Source: Octopus sinensis
Taxonomy: Eukaryota
Assembly: GCF_006345805.1 (NCBI RefSeq)
Contig: NC_043026.1
Location: forward strand, 7,068,001-7,132,000
Length of the DNA stretch: 64,000 nucleotides
Direction of reading: 5' to 3'
Shown: in pieces, positions 39,061-51,675 of the stretch
Layout: every line of letters starts with the position of its first letter
Numbering within the stretch: the first letter of the stretch is position 1
Program-made: the position numbers and the translations under genes
The notes under the pieces: model-generated
The model's database searches: none
Seen by the model: only the letters and a program-made list of their open reading frames with translations
Told to the model about the DNA's origin: nothing

Positions 39061-39366
39061 TGTGTGTATATATATATATGATGGGCTTCTGTCAGTTTCC
39101 ATCTAGTAAATTCACTTACAAGGCTTTGGTCAGTTTGAGGCTACAGTAGAAGACACTTACCCAAGGTGCCACACGATGGGACTGAACCCAGAACCATGTG
39201 GTTGAGAAGCGAACTTTTTAACACAGCCATGCCTGCTATATAAATTTTTGCAAGGAGGAGTTGTGGCTTACTGACCATCGTTACTATGACAGCAGCTAGT
39301 TAAGACGAAACTTTGAAGTCCCTGTCAACCATTTTTCATAGCAAGAAAATTAATAAATATGCTAAA

Positions 39367-39778
39367 TAGGTGCAGGAGTGGCTGTGTGGTAAGTAGCTTG
39401 CTAACCAACCACATGGTTCAGGGTTCAGTCCCACTGTGTGGCACCTTGGGCAATTGTCTTCTACTATAGCCTCGGGCCGACTAAAGCCTTGTGAGTGGAT
39501 TTGGTAGATGGAAACTGAAAGAAGCCCGTCGTATATATGTATATAAATGTGTGTGTGTGTGTATGTTTGTGTGTCTGTGTTTGTCCCATCCAACATCGCT
39601 TGACAACCGATGCTGGTGTGTTTATGTCCCCGTTACTTAGCGGTTCGGCAAAAGAGACCGATAGAATAAGTACTGGGCTTACAAAAGAATAAGTCCCGGG
39701 GTCGATTTGCTCGATTAAAGGCGGTGCTCAAGCATGGCAGCAGTCAAATGACTGAAACAAGTAAAAGAGTAAAGAGAG
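39367..39778 (+). mobile_element. SINE family A, full length (partial inverted copy at 39060-39238)
   Basis: A/B boxes, body, tail. Confidence 0.9.
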
Positions 39779-40086
39779 TACTCTACTAAAAGTAAGCATC
39801 AAATTCTTCAGGTTCACGTTCGGCTGTTTTTATATAATTTCACATAAAAACAAACAACACTCTATGCACAGACAGACAGACAGACACACACACACGCACG
39901 CATCTGTTCCTCTCTCTTCATTTTTCTCCATCTCTCTATATTCTCCATTTGTACTACTTCGTTTACACAAACAATCCATCTATATATCCATCTATATATA
40001 TGTATACACACATACACATACATATACATACATAGATACATAAATAAATACATATATATTATATATATCATACATATATATATATA

Positions 40087-40128
<42 letters not shown>

Positions 40129-40204
40129 ATATATATACACATATATATATAAATACATTATATATATATATATATAGCAGCAATATATATATATACATAT
40201 ATGA

Positions 40205-40257
<53 letters not shown>

Positions 40258-40859
40258 CATATATACCAACACACACACATATGTGCATATATATATATAC
40301 CTATATATACCCACATACATATATATATGTATATATATATATGTGTGTGTGTGTATAAAAGTATGTATTTACATATATTTGTGTCTGTATATAAAACTGT
40401 GTGTATACATCTATGTGTGTGTGTGTGTGTGTGCATACACACACCCACAAACATACACATGTATATATAGATATATGTATGCGTGTCATTCCAACATATG
40501 GTATATATTTCCTGAATAAACATCTTCCATTTAACCTTCTTCTTCTTCTTCTTACAACGTTAGCCACACCCTGTTTCCCTGCCCCCACCACCCGGGTACA
40601 CAGCCCTAATGTTGTCCCACACTCTATTCACTCCCTTTTTATCCTAACACACTGACATCATTTATACCTTACTTTGAGGGCCCTAGAAACCCGTCCCCTT
40701 CCCACCACCCCATCGCCCTTTAAACAGACAGACAGTGATAATGTTGTTCTATGATAATGTTGTTATGTGACAGCTGCATGGGTAGCTGTGCGGTGAGAGG
40801 TGGGATTCAAAGCTACATGGTTCGAGGTGCTGGGTTCAAATCTGCTGAGTGGCAGCACC

Positions 40860-41068
40860 TAATTCTTTACTACCCACAAGGGGCTAAACACAGAGGGGAC
40901 AAACAAGGACAGACAAACGGATTAAGTCAATTATATCGACCACAGGGCATAACTGGTACTTATTTAATCGACCCCGAAAGGATGAAAGGCAAAGTCGACC
41001 TTGGCGGAATTTGAACTCAGAACGTAACGGCTGATGAAATACAGCTATGCATTTCGCTTGGCGTGCTA
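40860..41068 (-). mobile_element. SINE family B
   Basis: Reverse-complement match; head disrupted by the adjacent RTE insertion. Confidence 0.8.
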
Positions 41069-41891
41069 TTTATCTATCTATCTATCCGCTCAGTCGAAGT
41101 CGACTCTCGGTCACTCGTTGGATCAGTATCCTCCAGTCAGTTCTATCCTGGGCCACTTCCTTCAAATTGGCTATGTCCATTCCGGTATCCCTCTTGATGG
41201 TGTCAAGCCAGCGGGTTCTTGGTCGGCCTCTTCCTTTCTTGCCACTGACCATTCCAAGCATGATGTCCTTTTCCGGGGATTTCCTCTGCATAATATGACC
41301 GAAATATGCCAATCTATGCTTGGTGATCCTAGCTTCTAGTGACATCTTCGGCCTAATCTGCTTAAGAACTTCTCCATTAGTGAGCCTCGCTGTCCATGGA
41401 ATCCGTAAAAGTCTTCTCCAACACCAAAGCTCGAATGCATTAATTCTCTTCTGGTCAGCTTTCTTTAGTGTCCATGTCTCGCATCCATATGTTGCTATTG
41501 GGAAGACAATTGCATTCACCAATCTGCATTTGGTAGTGAGTCTGATGTCTCTACTCTTCCAGACCCTGCTCATGCTGACCATTGCCTCTCTGCCTAGTAC
41601 TATCCGCCGTCTTATTTCTGGAGTGCAGTCACCATCTCGATTTATTTTGGCGCCAAGGAAGACGAAATCATCACCCACTTCGATCTCTTCATTATCGATC
41701 TTGATGCTGATGTTTGTTGTGGCTGCTGTTGACATGATCTTCGTTTTCTTAACATTGAGGTACAGCCCAAATTTGTTACTCTCTTTCTTGACCAGCAGGA
41801 CAAGATCCTCCAGATCCTTACCACTCTCTGCCAGCAGAGTTGTATCATCTGCATAGCGAAGGTTATTAATATTTCTTCCTCCAATCCTCAC
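41069..41891 (-). mobile_element. RTE-clade LINE, 5'-truncated, RT C-terminal half with open frame
   Basis: INNLRYADDTTLLAES, YGCETWTLKK, FELWCWRRLLRIPWT, GRGRPRTRW motifs; (GATA)n tail. Confidence 0.92.
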
Positions 41892-42302
41892 TCGCCGAAT
41901 ATCGACGGGATTGTCATGTCGGAATTAAAACTACAAGAGGACTTTGGGACCAAGACACCGCCGACGGTGGAGACTACCTGGACACAAACGAAGGGCATGC
42001 TTTGGAGTTACCGCCAAATTTTCTCTTCATAGAAAAAGGTCAGAAAAATTTATTGTCTTTCTGAAATTGGAAAAAAAAACCCACCAAACGATCTTAAAAT
42101 TAAGATGGGGGTTAGGACAAGAACAAGAACAATAGCGATATTGATGACAACGACAATAGGGGTCAATAACAATAGGGGACAATGATAACCTCAACATTCC
42201 CCACTTAAACAACAACAACAACAACACAAGCATACGAAACCGAAACAGCTATTATAATAACAACAACAATGACAACAGCATTCCACACACACAAACAATA
42301 CC

Positions 42303-42526
42303 TATTTCTTTACTACCCACAAGGGGCTAAACACAGAGGGGACAAACAAGGACAGACATAGGTATTAAGTCGATTACATCGACCCCAGTGCGTAACTGGT
42401 ACTTAATTTATCGACCCCGAAAGGATGAAAGGCAAAGTCGACCTCGGCGGAATTTGAACTCAGAACGTAAAGACGGACGAAAAACTGCAAAGCATTTCGC
42501 CCGGCGTGCTAACGATTCTGCCAGCT
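42303..42526 (-). mobile_element. SINE family B with 15-bp TSD
   Basis: CACACAAACAATACC at 42288-42302 and 42527-42541. Confidence 0.9.
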
Positions 42527-42749
42527 CACACAAACAATACCGTCCATACCACTAATAACAACACGACCCTCATCTATACCAACAACGATAACAGCAGCAA
42601 TGGTCACAACACAAGCACCACCACCACCACCAGCAATTATAACAACAACCATAACGATAATAACACTCTGCACTCTGTCTTCTATAACCCTAACAACAAA
42701 TCCTATGACATGACGAGGATGTACCCCACAGACTTACCCTTCAGCAAAA

Positions 42750-43006
42750 GGGTGAGCTGGCAGAAACGTAAGGGCGGCGAGCTGGCAGAATCGTTAGCAC
42801 GTCGGGCGAAATGCTTAGCTGTAGTTCGTCTGCGTTACGTTGTGAGTTCAAATTCCGCCGAGGTCGACTTTGCCTTTCATCCTTTCGGGATCGATAAATT
42901 AAGTACCAGTTACGCACTGGAGTCGATGTAATCGACTTAATACCTATGTCTGTCCTTGTTTGTCCCCTCTGTGTTTAGCCCCTTGTGGGCAGTAAAGAAA
43001 TAGGTA
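42750..43006 (+). mobile_element. SINE family B with duplicated head
   Basis: GAGCTGGCAGAA occurs twice at the 5' end. Confidence 0.85.
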
Positions 43007-43059
43007 TGTATCCCACCCCAAATTGACAGTGAAACAGAAGCAGAGATCTCCTTAACTAG

Positions 43060-44222
43060 AAATAGACTTCAACACATCTTAGACCGGTACAACAAAACCA
43101 CTAAAAAACGTAATGAGGGGCCCCATCAACTCAGTTGAACTGTTGCGAAAGGCCTTACAAAACTGAAACAATGAATAAGGGATAGGGAATTAGTGTGCCT
43201 TCCTAGGGACAAGCCTGGCAGACTGTCAAGAGACATCCCACAGAACTATGTCCAGTCCATGCAACAACACAGCAGTAGAATGAGAGAAGTTGCCCCACGG
43301 GAACAGGAAAGAGGGGAACAACTTCTCAATGCACACAGGGGAATGTGGTGCAACATACTTCAACCTATGATAAGGACTGCACACAATTTCCAGGCATCCA
43401 ACAATGATGTTCCTACACTATACGAGTTACACAAAGACCAAAAACCCTAAATAAACCCTGTCAAGCCCCCCCCCCACCAGACCATTTGCGGAGCGAATAT
43501 CTCCAGCCATTATAGACTGTCCTACTTCCTCTCACGGGTGTTACGACCTCTCATAGAGATGTCTCTTAGATGTCTGTGTAAGTACAGAAGATCTTCGTGA
43601 AATCAGTACTTACAACCACCCTAGCGACCTCACAGGTTGTGTAGTGGGTAGTATGGATGTGATTTCCCTCTACCCATCTATAGACATAGATTTTGCTGTG
43701 GAGAAATGCATTGGAATAATCTGTGTGAGTGAAGTAGAGTTCCGTGAGGTCAACATGAGAGAACTGGGCCTCCTCCTTAGACTAAGCTACGACGGTGACT
43801 ATTTAGATGACCATGACCTCAATAGATTCACAGTGAAGAAAAGTACCACAGAGTGCTGGAGGGCTGGACTGTACCCACCTAAGACCCTGAGTGCAACAAT
43901 CAGGTGAAAGAAATGATTGCACATGCAACAGTGGCTGGTGTAAAAACCACCTTGAAGAACCACATAGTAAAGTTTAACAAGAAACTATAGATGCAGGTTC
44001 AAGGTGCGGCCATTTGTGTTGGTGCAGCTGGAGATGTGGCCGGCCTCTTCGTGACCTGATGGGACAGAAAACTTGAGGAATCCTTAGCAGAACAGTTCAC
44101 AACTCTTCTAGTTTACAGTAGGTATGTAGACGACATAAATATCCTAGTCAAGACGAACTCTAGTAACTTAATGGAGGGCTTCCAGCAAGTAGCCAAGTCC
44201 ATTCACCAAAGTATCAGGGTTA
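43060..44222 (+). pseudogene. Decayed Penelope-like element reverse transcriptase
   Basis: DKPGRLS, PTLYELHKDQK..TRP, GSMDVISLYPSI, QVQGAAI, YSRYVDDINI (YVDD at 44123-44134); several stops and frameshifts. Confidence 0.75.
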
Positions 44223-44230
44223 ATATTTGT

Positions 44231-44263
<33 letters not shown>

Positions 44264-44480
44264 TTGTATATCTGAAGAAGGGGAATATTCCTTGTGTTGT
44301 ACTCTGTTTTTTCGTTGTTTGAAAAAGTCCGTTTTCATGGTTTTGTTTTTAAGTTTTCGTTTCTCATTGTGTTCGACGTTTTTTTTTTGTGACCTGTACC
44401 CATATATGCATGTATATATACACATAGATGTAGGTATCTACATATATGTATGTATATATGCATGTTTTATTTATTAATTG

Positions 44481-44511
<31 letters not shown>

Positions 44512-45062
44512 TATATATATAATTAATACTTTAGTGTTTCCCTTATCTTGAAAAGTAATTTTTAATTGAAAAAATGTCTAAACGATGAACTTTTATCTTC
44601 CCTTATATATTATTTACTTATATGTTTCCTATATATATAAGTATTTTTATATCTTTTTATATATCTATATATTTATATATTTCTTTATATTTTTATGTAT
44701 CTATTATTCTAGATGTTGTAATGCTAAAAAATATATATTCTTTTTAGTCACTAAATTATTAATCATCAACTTTTGACCGCGATGGACTGTATTCACACAT
44801 TTTCCCTATATTTTTCTTATATGCTTGTATTGGTGGGTTGTGTTTCATCTTCCGTGATTCTATGCATCTATATTCTATGTGAAAGAAAAAGCATTTTGTG
44901 ATTAAATGTTTGAGATACGAAATGTTACGTGGATGACCTTGTATTTGTTTGTTCTGCAACCATAGTTTTATATATTTGTCTCATTTAATTGAGCACTTCT
45001 ATTGCAGTCCTATTAAACATTTTGTTCCTGATAAGAAACAATTACTTTATTATTGATATATT

Positions 45063-45094
<32 letters not shown>

Positions 45095-45391
45095 ATAACT
45101 ACTTAAATAGGAACATCCAAATAAAACAGAATAAGTTAATAAATAATATGAATTGGTATTATCTGTAAGTCGATGATTGAAAGGAATCTGTTCCCCCGTT
45201 TTCTTATTTGTATTATGATTTTGAGGTAAAATATTTTACCTTCGCCCATCTAATACAATAAATGAATTAATTGCATTGCAATTATAAGCATTTATGTATT
45301 TGCCTTTTGGGTGCTTCACCAGTAGTATATTGGATAACTGATATCCCATAGTGGGTTACCCTCATAACCCCTACCTCACTTTGTACATACA

Positions 45392-45460
<69 letters not shown>

Positions 45461-45714
45461 TATATATATGTATATATTTATATATTTGTATATGTATGTC
45501 CATAAAGAGCAAGAGAGTGAGAGAGAGAGAGAGAGACCACTGCTCAACACCCACCACCTCATCTTCCTGCTGAATCTTCCCAGGTTTCCATCATTGGTAC
45601 ACATATCACTTGACCACTTCCTCTTGACCACTTCTTGCCAACCAGTGCCCTATATATATCTCTCTCTCTCTCAACACACCTATACACACAGATCATCAAC
45701 CAATATTGTCTCTT

Positions 45715-46413
45715 AGTAGAGTTTAAGTGTGACGACGTCCTGGGAGAAACCCTGGGCTTCGACGAGAATCAACTGGCCAGCCTGTTCCAAAGAACATTCG
45801 GTCCGGGGCCTATGGATAATTACCAAAAGTCCCTGGCCTGGCAATGTTACAGAGGAGCTTTACCGGTTGGAGATAAGCTCTTTAGACATGGGTGTGCACC
45901 TTCGCCGGTTTGTGCAAGATGTGAGAGGGACAGTGAAACTGTCCTGCACGCGATTGTGCATTGCCCCAAGGTGACTGAACTCTGGGCTTATGTCGAGCAC
46001 CTTGAATAGGGAGCAGCGAGCCTGTTTTCTCTCGGTAGTTGCTGTGGCGAAAGAAGTAGAGTGGAAGACGAAAGTGAAAGGAATTGCAACAGGCATGTTC
46101 GTCTCCAGTCTCGAGCTAATCGACTTTTTCGTTTTCCACATGAAACGGAAAATAAGGCTGGAGAAGAAATGCCTGTCGCAAAGTGTGTTTCGTAAAAGAT
46201 GGAAATACATAGCAAGTATGTGGTTTGTGGGGGTCAACCGCATCCCTCGCTTCATTTTTTGTTAATCACTCATTCTCATTTAATTGTATATATTTTAATT
46301 GTTTGTTTATTCATAGGTTCCGTCTCATTCGATACCCGGACCCCCAATGTTTGTTTTGTCCCTCCCCGTATTGTCGCCTCTTTTTTCTCAACCTTATGGT
46401 GAATAAAGAAATA
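45715..46413 (+). mobile_element. L1/Tx1-clade LINE 3' fragment
   Basis: LAWQCYRGALPV...CARCERDSETVLHAIVHC (zf-RVT-like CCHC), stop at 46265, short T-rich UTR, AATAAA at ~46402. Confidence 0.8.
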
Positions 46414-46822
46414 CTCTCTCTCTCTTTCCTTCTGTCTGTCTGTCTGTCTCTCTCTCTAATTCTCTGCTTGTCTCTCTGTCTTCCCTCTATCCCCACTCTC
46501 TCTCTCTTCCCACTCTCTCTCTCTTCCCACTCTCTCTCTCTTCCCACTCTCTCTCTCCTCTCCCCCCCACTCTCTCTCTCCTCTCTTCCCACTCTCTCTC
46601 TCCTCTCTTCCCACTCTCTCTCTCTCTCTCTTCCCACTCTCTCTCTCCTCTTCCCCCACTCTTTCTCTCTCTGTCCCCGCTCTTTCTCTCTCTCTCCCCA
46701 CTCTTTCTCTCTCTCTCTTCCCACTCTCTCTCTCCTCACTCTCTCTCTCCTCTCTTCCCACTCTTTCTCTCTCTCTCCCCACTCTTTCTCTCTCTCTCTC
46801 CCCATTCTCTTTCTCTTCTCTC
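46414..46822. repeat. CT-rich minisatellite (CTTCCCACTCTCTCTC-like)
   Basis: Direct inspection; related tract at 48836-49221. Confidence 0.85.
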
Positions 46823-47257
46823 TAACATACATTCATAGACAGGCATTTGACTCCGTTTAAACCGAAATTATCCGGAAACAACCGAACTATTCCCTTTGCG
46901 AGCAGACGATAATTGTCGTCTGCTAAAAATCCTTCAGAGTCAAACCATTTCTCTTTGCACGAAGACGACGTCTCAAGTCAACATTGGAGGTGAAGCACTT
47001 TATTAATTTCCTTTCCATTATTTACAAAATTCTAATCTCCTCATTTATCTGTGGAAAAGTTAGAAAGACAAATTTGTAAAGGAGAAATTGCCATCGCTTA
47101 ACATCTGATCCCTTTTGTTCCCAAAACCCTTTTAAGTTTAAACTGAAGGTGAAGTCCCTTACTGAAAGGATATTCAAGGGTTACATTAGTATATTATTGT
47201 TGTATTTCGGGTCGGTCTTCTTTTGGGGGGCTGGGGGCCAAATAAACACAGGGACTC

Positions 47258-47632
47258 ATTTACTCTTTTACTTGTTTCAGTCATTTGACTGCGGCCATGC
47301 TGGAGCACCGCCTTTTAATCGAGCAACTCGACCCCCGGGACTTATTCTTTTTGTAAGCCCAGTACTTATTCTATCGGTCTCTTTTGCCGAACCGCTAAGT
47401 AACAGGGACATAAACATACCAGCATCGGTTGTCAAACAATGCTAGGGGGACAAACACAGACACACAGACATATACACACACATATATATATATATACATA
47501 TATATGACGGGCTTCTTTCAGTTTCCGTCTACCAAATCCACTCACAAGGCATTGGTCGGCCCGGGGCTATAGCAGAAGACACTTGCCCAAGGTGCCACGC
47601 AGTGGGACTGAACCCGGAACCATGTGGTTGGT
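47258..47632 (-). mobile_element. SINE family A, head truncated
   Basis: Reverse-complement match. Confidence 0.85.
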
Positions 47633-47839
47633 TATATATATATACGGATATATAATATATATGCAAGGGGCTTCTTTCAGTTTCCGTCTACCAAATCCAC
47701 TCACAAGGCTTTGGTCCGGACAATGGACACGAGTTTGTTTTGTCCGTCCCCGAGAAAAAAAAAATAATGACTCCTGGAGATTTCACATCAGGAATCTTAC
47801 AACACAAATCCGTAAACGTAGAATTAATTTATTGGGTTG

Positions 47840-47930
47840 CACGGAGAATGGGTTCTCGAGAAAAAATTCAGCAAAAAAACCAAAGCTTTGGCTTTTTGCT
47901 GAATTTTTTCTCGAGAACCTATCCTCCGTG
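47840..47930. repeat. ~90-bp near-perfect palindrome
   Basis: GGTTCTCGAGAAAAAATTCAGCAAAAA..CCAAAGCTTTGG.TTTTTGCTGAATTTTTTCTCGAGAACC, extended by CACGGAG/CTCCGTG. Confidence 0.9.
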
Positions 47931-48031
47931 GAAAATGGCGATTTTGACATCTATTTCTAGTATACAGGCTGTCCACTTTTAGTGGTCAGTCCTCTAAATT
48001 TTGTATATATACATACATACATACATATATA

Positions 48032-48071
<40 letters not shown>

Positions 48072-48118
48072 TATATATATGTATATATATATATTTTTTT
48101 TTTCTTTAAATACATATA

Positions 48119-48160
<42 letters not shown>

Positions 48161-48183
48161 TTAAGAAAAAAATATATATATAA

Positions 48184-48222
<39 letters not shown>

Positions 48223-48253
48223 ATGTATTTAAGAAAAAAATATATATATATAC

Positions 48254-48288
<35 letters not shown>

Positions 48289-48339
48289 TAAAGAAAAAAT
48301 ATATATATATATGTATTTAAGAAAAAAATATATATATAA

Positions 48340-48377
<38 letters not shown>

Positions 48378-49724
48378 AAAGGGCTTAGTAAAATAAATTA
48401 CTTTGCCGCATACTTTTATATAATGTAATAATTTGAATTTGCCTTAAATGGTCCCTTTGCATACTGAATATGGTGAAATTGATTAATTAATTAATTAATT
48501 TTACCCTCAATTGTTGAAATTATATATATATAATATATAATGTATTTATATATATATATTTATGTGTATATATATATATATATATCTTATAATTTTTAAA
48601 ATTGAGAGGGAGGTCGGGCAAGGTGTTGGTGGTGCTATTTAAGTTGGACATGTCCTGGGCCTTCTCCCGGCCGCCGAAACCTATTCAAGTTTTACCCAAG
48701 CAAGGGCAATGGCGGAGGTGGCGGCGTAATGAGTGTCGAAGGACGTCACAAGAAGAAGAAGGAAGCATTGTTTGCCGTAAGAGTGGGAGTGGGGTGGTAT
48801 CATTAATACACCTCTTTCAGGGACACATTCGCACACTCACTCTCTCTCTCATTCTCTGCTTGTCTCTCTCTGTGTTGCCTCTCTGTCTTGCCTCTCTCCC
48901 CACTCTCTCTCATTCCCTGCTTGTCTCTCTCTGTGTTGCCTCTCTTTCCTTCTGTCTCTCACTCTCTCACATTCTCTGCTTGTCTCTCTCTGTCTTGCCT
49001 CTCTCCCCACTCTCTGTCATTCTCTGCTTGTCTCTCTCTGTCTTGCCTCGCTTCCCACTCTCTCTAATTCTCTGTCTTGCCTCTCTCCCCACTCTCTCTC
49101 ATTCTCTGCTTGTCTCTCTCTGTCTTGCCTCCCTTCCCACTCTCTCTCATTCTCTGCTTGTCTCTCTCTGTGTTGCCTCTCTTCCCACTCTCCCTCTCTC
49201 GCGCTCCCGCTCTCTCTCTCTGATCGGTCGTGTTATTCTTTGCTCCGCCGTGAAAGATTGTTTTTGTGCTGAAAATTGTGAAAATTTGCTGTTTTGGTCG
49301 CGAAGACCCCTTCTTTTCTGCTGTTGCAGCAAAGTTTTGCTGTTCTTTCCCCCATGTTTCAAGACGGAACCGACGAAAAACATGAATTTGCCACCAATTT
49401 CTTCCGAGTCGGAGAAAAACTTTGAAAATTTGTTTGACGGCATGAAGGCGAAAATGTGGGAGGAGGAAGGTAGAAGTAAAGAGGCTTCTCGCGCGCGCGT
49501 TACAAAAGCAGACGACAAGATGTCCAGCGAAGCTAAACAAGAGGGAAAATCGAAAAATTTTGCGATTGCAGCAACTCGCCCCGGCGAAAATATAATTATT
49601 AACAAAGAAGAATTGAAGAAATACCAAAGTTTACTAAAAAACGAAGGTGATAATGTGAAGTTGCTCCCTCCCAGTGAATTAATTTACGCGACGGAGAGAA
49701 AAACACTGTCATATATAAAACATA

Positions 49725-50128
49725 TACTCTCTTTTACTCTTTTACTTGTTTCAGTCATTTGACTGCGGCCATGCTGGAGCACCGCCTTTTTAGTCGAGCA
49801 AATCGACCCCGGGACTTATTCTTTGTAAGCCCAGTACTTATTCTATCGGTCTCTTTTGCCGAACCGCTAAGTGACGGGGACGTAAACACACCAGCATCGG
49901 TTATCAAGCAATGCTAGGGGGACAGACACACAAACACACACACACATACATATATATATACATATATACGACAGGCTTCTTTCAGTTTCCGTCTACCAAA
50001 TCCACTCACAAGGCATTGGTCGGCCCGGGGCTATAGTAGAAGACACTTGCCCAAGGTGCCACGCAGTGGGGACTGAACCCGGAACCATGTGGTTGGTTAG
50101 CAAGCTACTTACCACACAGCCACTCCTG
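49725..50128 (-). mobile_element. SINE family A nested in ORF1
   Basis: Near full-length reverse-complement match. Confidence 0.9.
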
Positions 50129-50549
50129 TGAAAATTAGGAAAATCGATTTTGTACCAAGGGAAGCCATAGAAAAATGCTTGAAGCCGATATGTCAACAAA
50201 CAAGCTACATAATAAGGGGTAGTCGCTTCGGCACTATAGAGGTGCGTCTCCCTAGCAAAGAAAAAGCTAGGGAACATTCATTCAACAAGGACATTGAAGT
50301 CGGAAGAAGTAGTTCTCCTACCGACTTAGGAAAGAGAACTTCAAAAATCACAGTCACGGATATACGACCCGAAATAGATGTGGCCTTTGTCATAGCTGCT
50401 ATTCTCATAGGCAAAGAAGAAGAAATTTCAATTCTTCAATCTAAGAGATACCACCACACGAACTGGTTTGGACAAGATTTAGAGCTTGTCATCCAAGCAA
50501 ACCCCCCTCAGAAAAAATGCCCAGTTCCCTTACAATTGGAGAAAATACC

Positions 50550-50783
50550 TATTTCTTTATTACCCGCAAGGAGCTAAACACAGAGGGGACAAACAAGGAC
50601 AGACATAGGTATTAAGTCGATTACATCGACCCCAGTGCATAACTGGTACTTAATTTATCGACCCCGAAAGGATGAAAGGCAAAGTCGACCTCAGCGGAAT
50701 TTGAACTCACAACGTAACACAGACGAAATACCGCTAAGCATTTCGCCCAGCGTGCTAACGTTTCTGCCAGTTCCCCGCTTTTT
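50550..50783 (-). mobile_element. SINE family B nested in ORF1, 15-bp TSD
   Basis: ATTGGAGAAAATACC at 50535-50549 and 50784-50798. Confidence 0.9.
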
Positions 50784-51675
50784 ATTGGAGAAAATACCAG
50801 CCTGATGGTGGTAGTCGAGGGTAGAAAGCCCAGATGTTACAAATGTGGCGAGAAAGGCCACATAAGGTCGAGCTGTGAGAAGAAGACAGCCAAAGAAAAC
50901 GCAGCAGAAGAGGCAAGCACGATGCCGAAGACAACGACCACACCGCTAGAAATAGCAGCCACGTCGCGCACCCCAATTGCCGAAGTACAGCCGACAGCGG
51001 GAGAAAACAACGACAACAACAACAACGACATCAACAACATCCAGGAGGGGGTCGATGTGGAACCTTCAAAAAGAAGATGGAAACGGAAAAACCCACCCTC
51101 TTCGGATACACAGGACTATGCTCCGAGACAGACAAGCACACCCACACCCACAAATACAGTCGCAAACACACACGTAGCCAAAAAAACACACACATTGAAA
51201 AAAGCACACACACCTACCACAAACACACACACACCTACAAACACCCATGCTTCTACAAACACACACACATCCACAAGCACACATACACACACACACACCC
51301 CTCCACAGTCGCCTAATATAAAAAAGAGAAACACCTTCACGGCGATAAACAAAAATAATAAACTATTAAGAGATAAAATTGTTTTAACGAAATCGGCAAA
51401 AAAATATATCGCAACAGATGTAAATGATACTATTCTTGAAAATGTCGAATTTTATACTATAGATAACTCTGACTATTTTGAACTAAAAAAATATTTTGCG
51501 GAGGACGTCGGCCCGTTACAGATGAACTTTTCGAGCCATCTGTACAGGCAATTCGCGAAGAAAATGACCTCGCAAACCACAACACTCACAGACAGAAAAG
51601 AGGAGGGTGAAACTACACCCTCTCTCCCATTAAAACAGTAAGTTTTAAACATTCGACTAATTTTTCACATTCTCG

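Larger units (their letters stand above)
49382..51641 (+). pseudogene. LINE ORF1 (gag-like) with CCHC zinc knuckle, split by two SINEs
   Basis: ATG at 49382; CYKCGEKGHIRSSC at 50835-50876. Confidence 0.7.

Noticed and set aside
41320-41856. Antisense ORFs over LINE RT regions (also 52445-52858, 53915-54693)
   Set aside because: Shadow frames of the retroelement ORFs
48602-49381. N-terminal half of the 386-aa ORF
   Set aside because: Runs through a CT minisatellite and UTR; only the part from ATG 49382 looks like LINE ORF1
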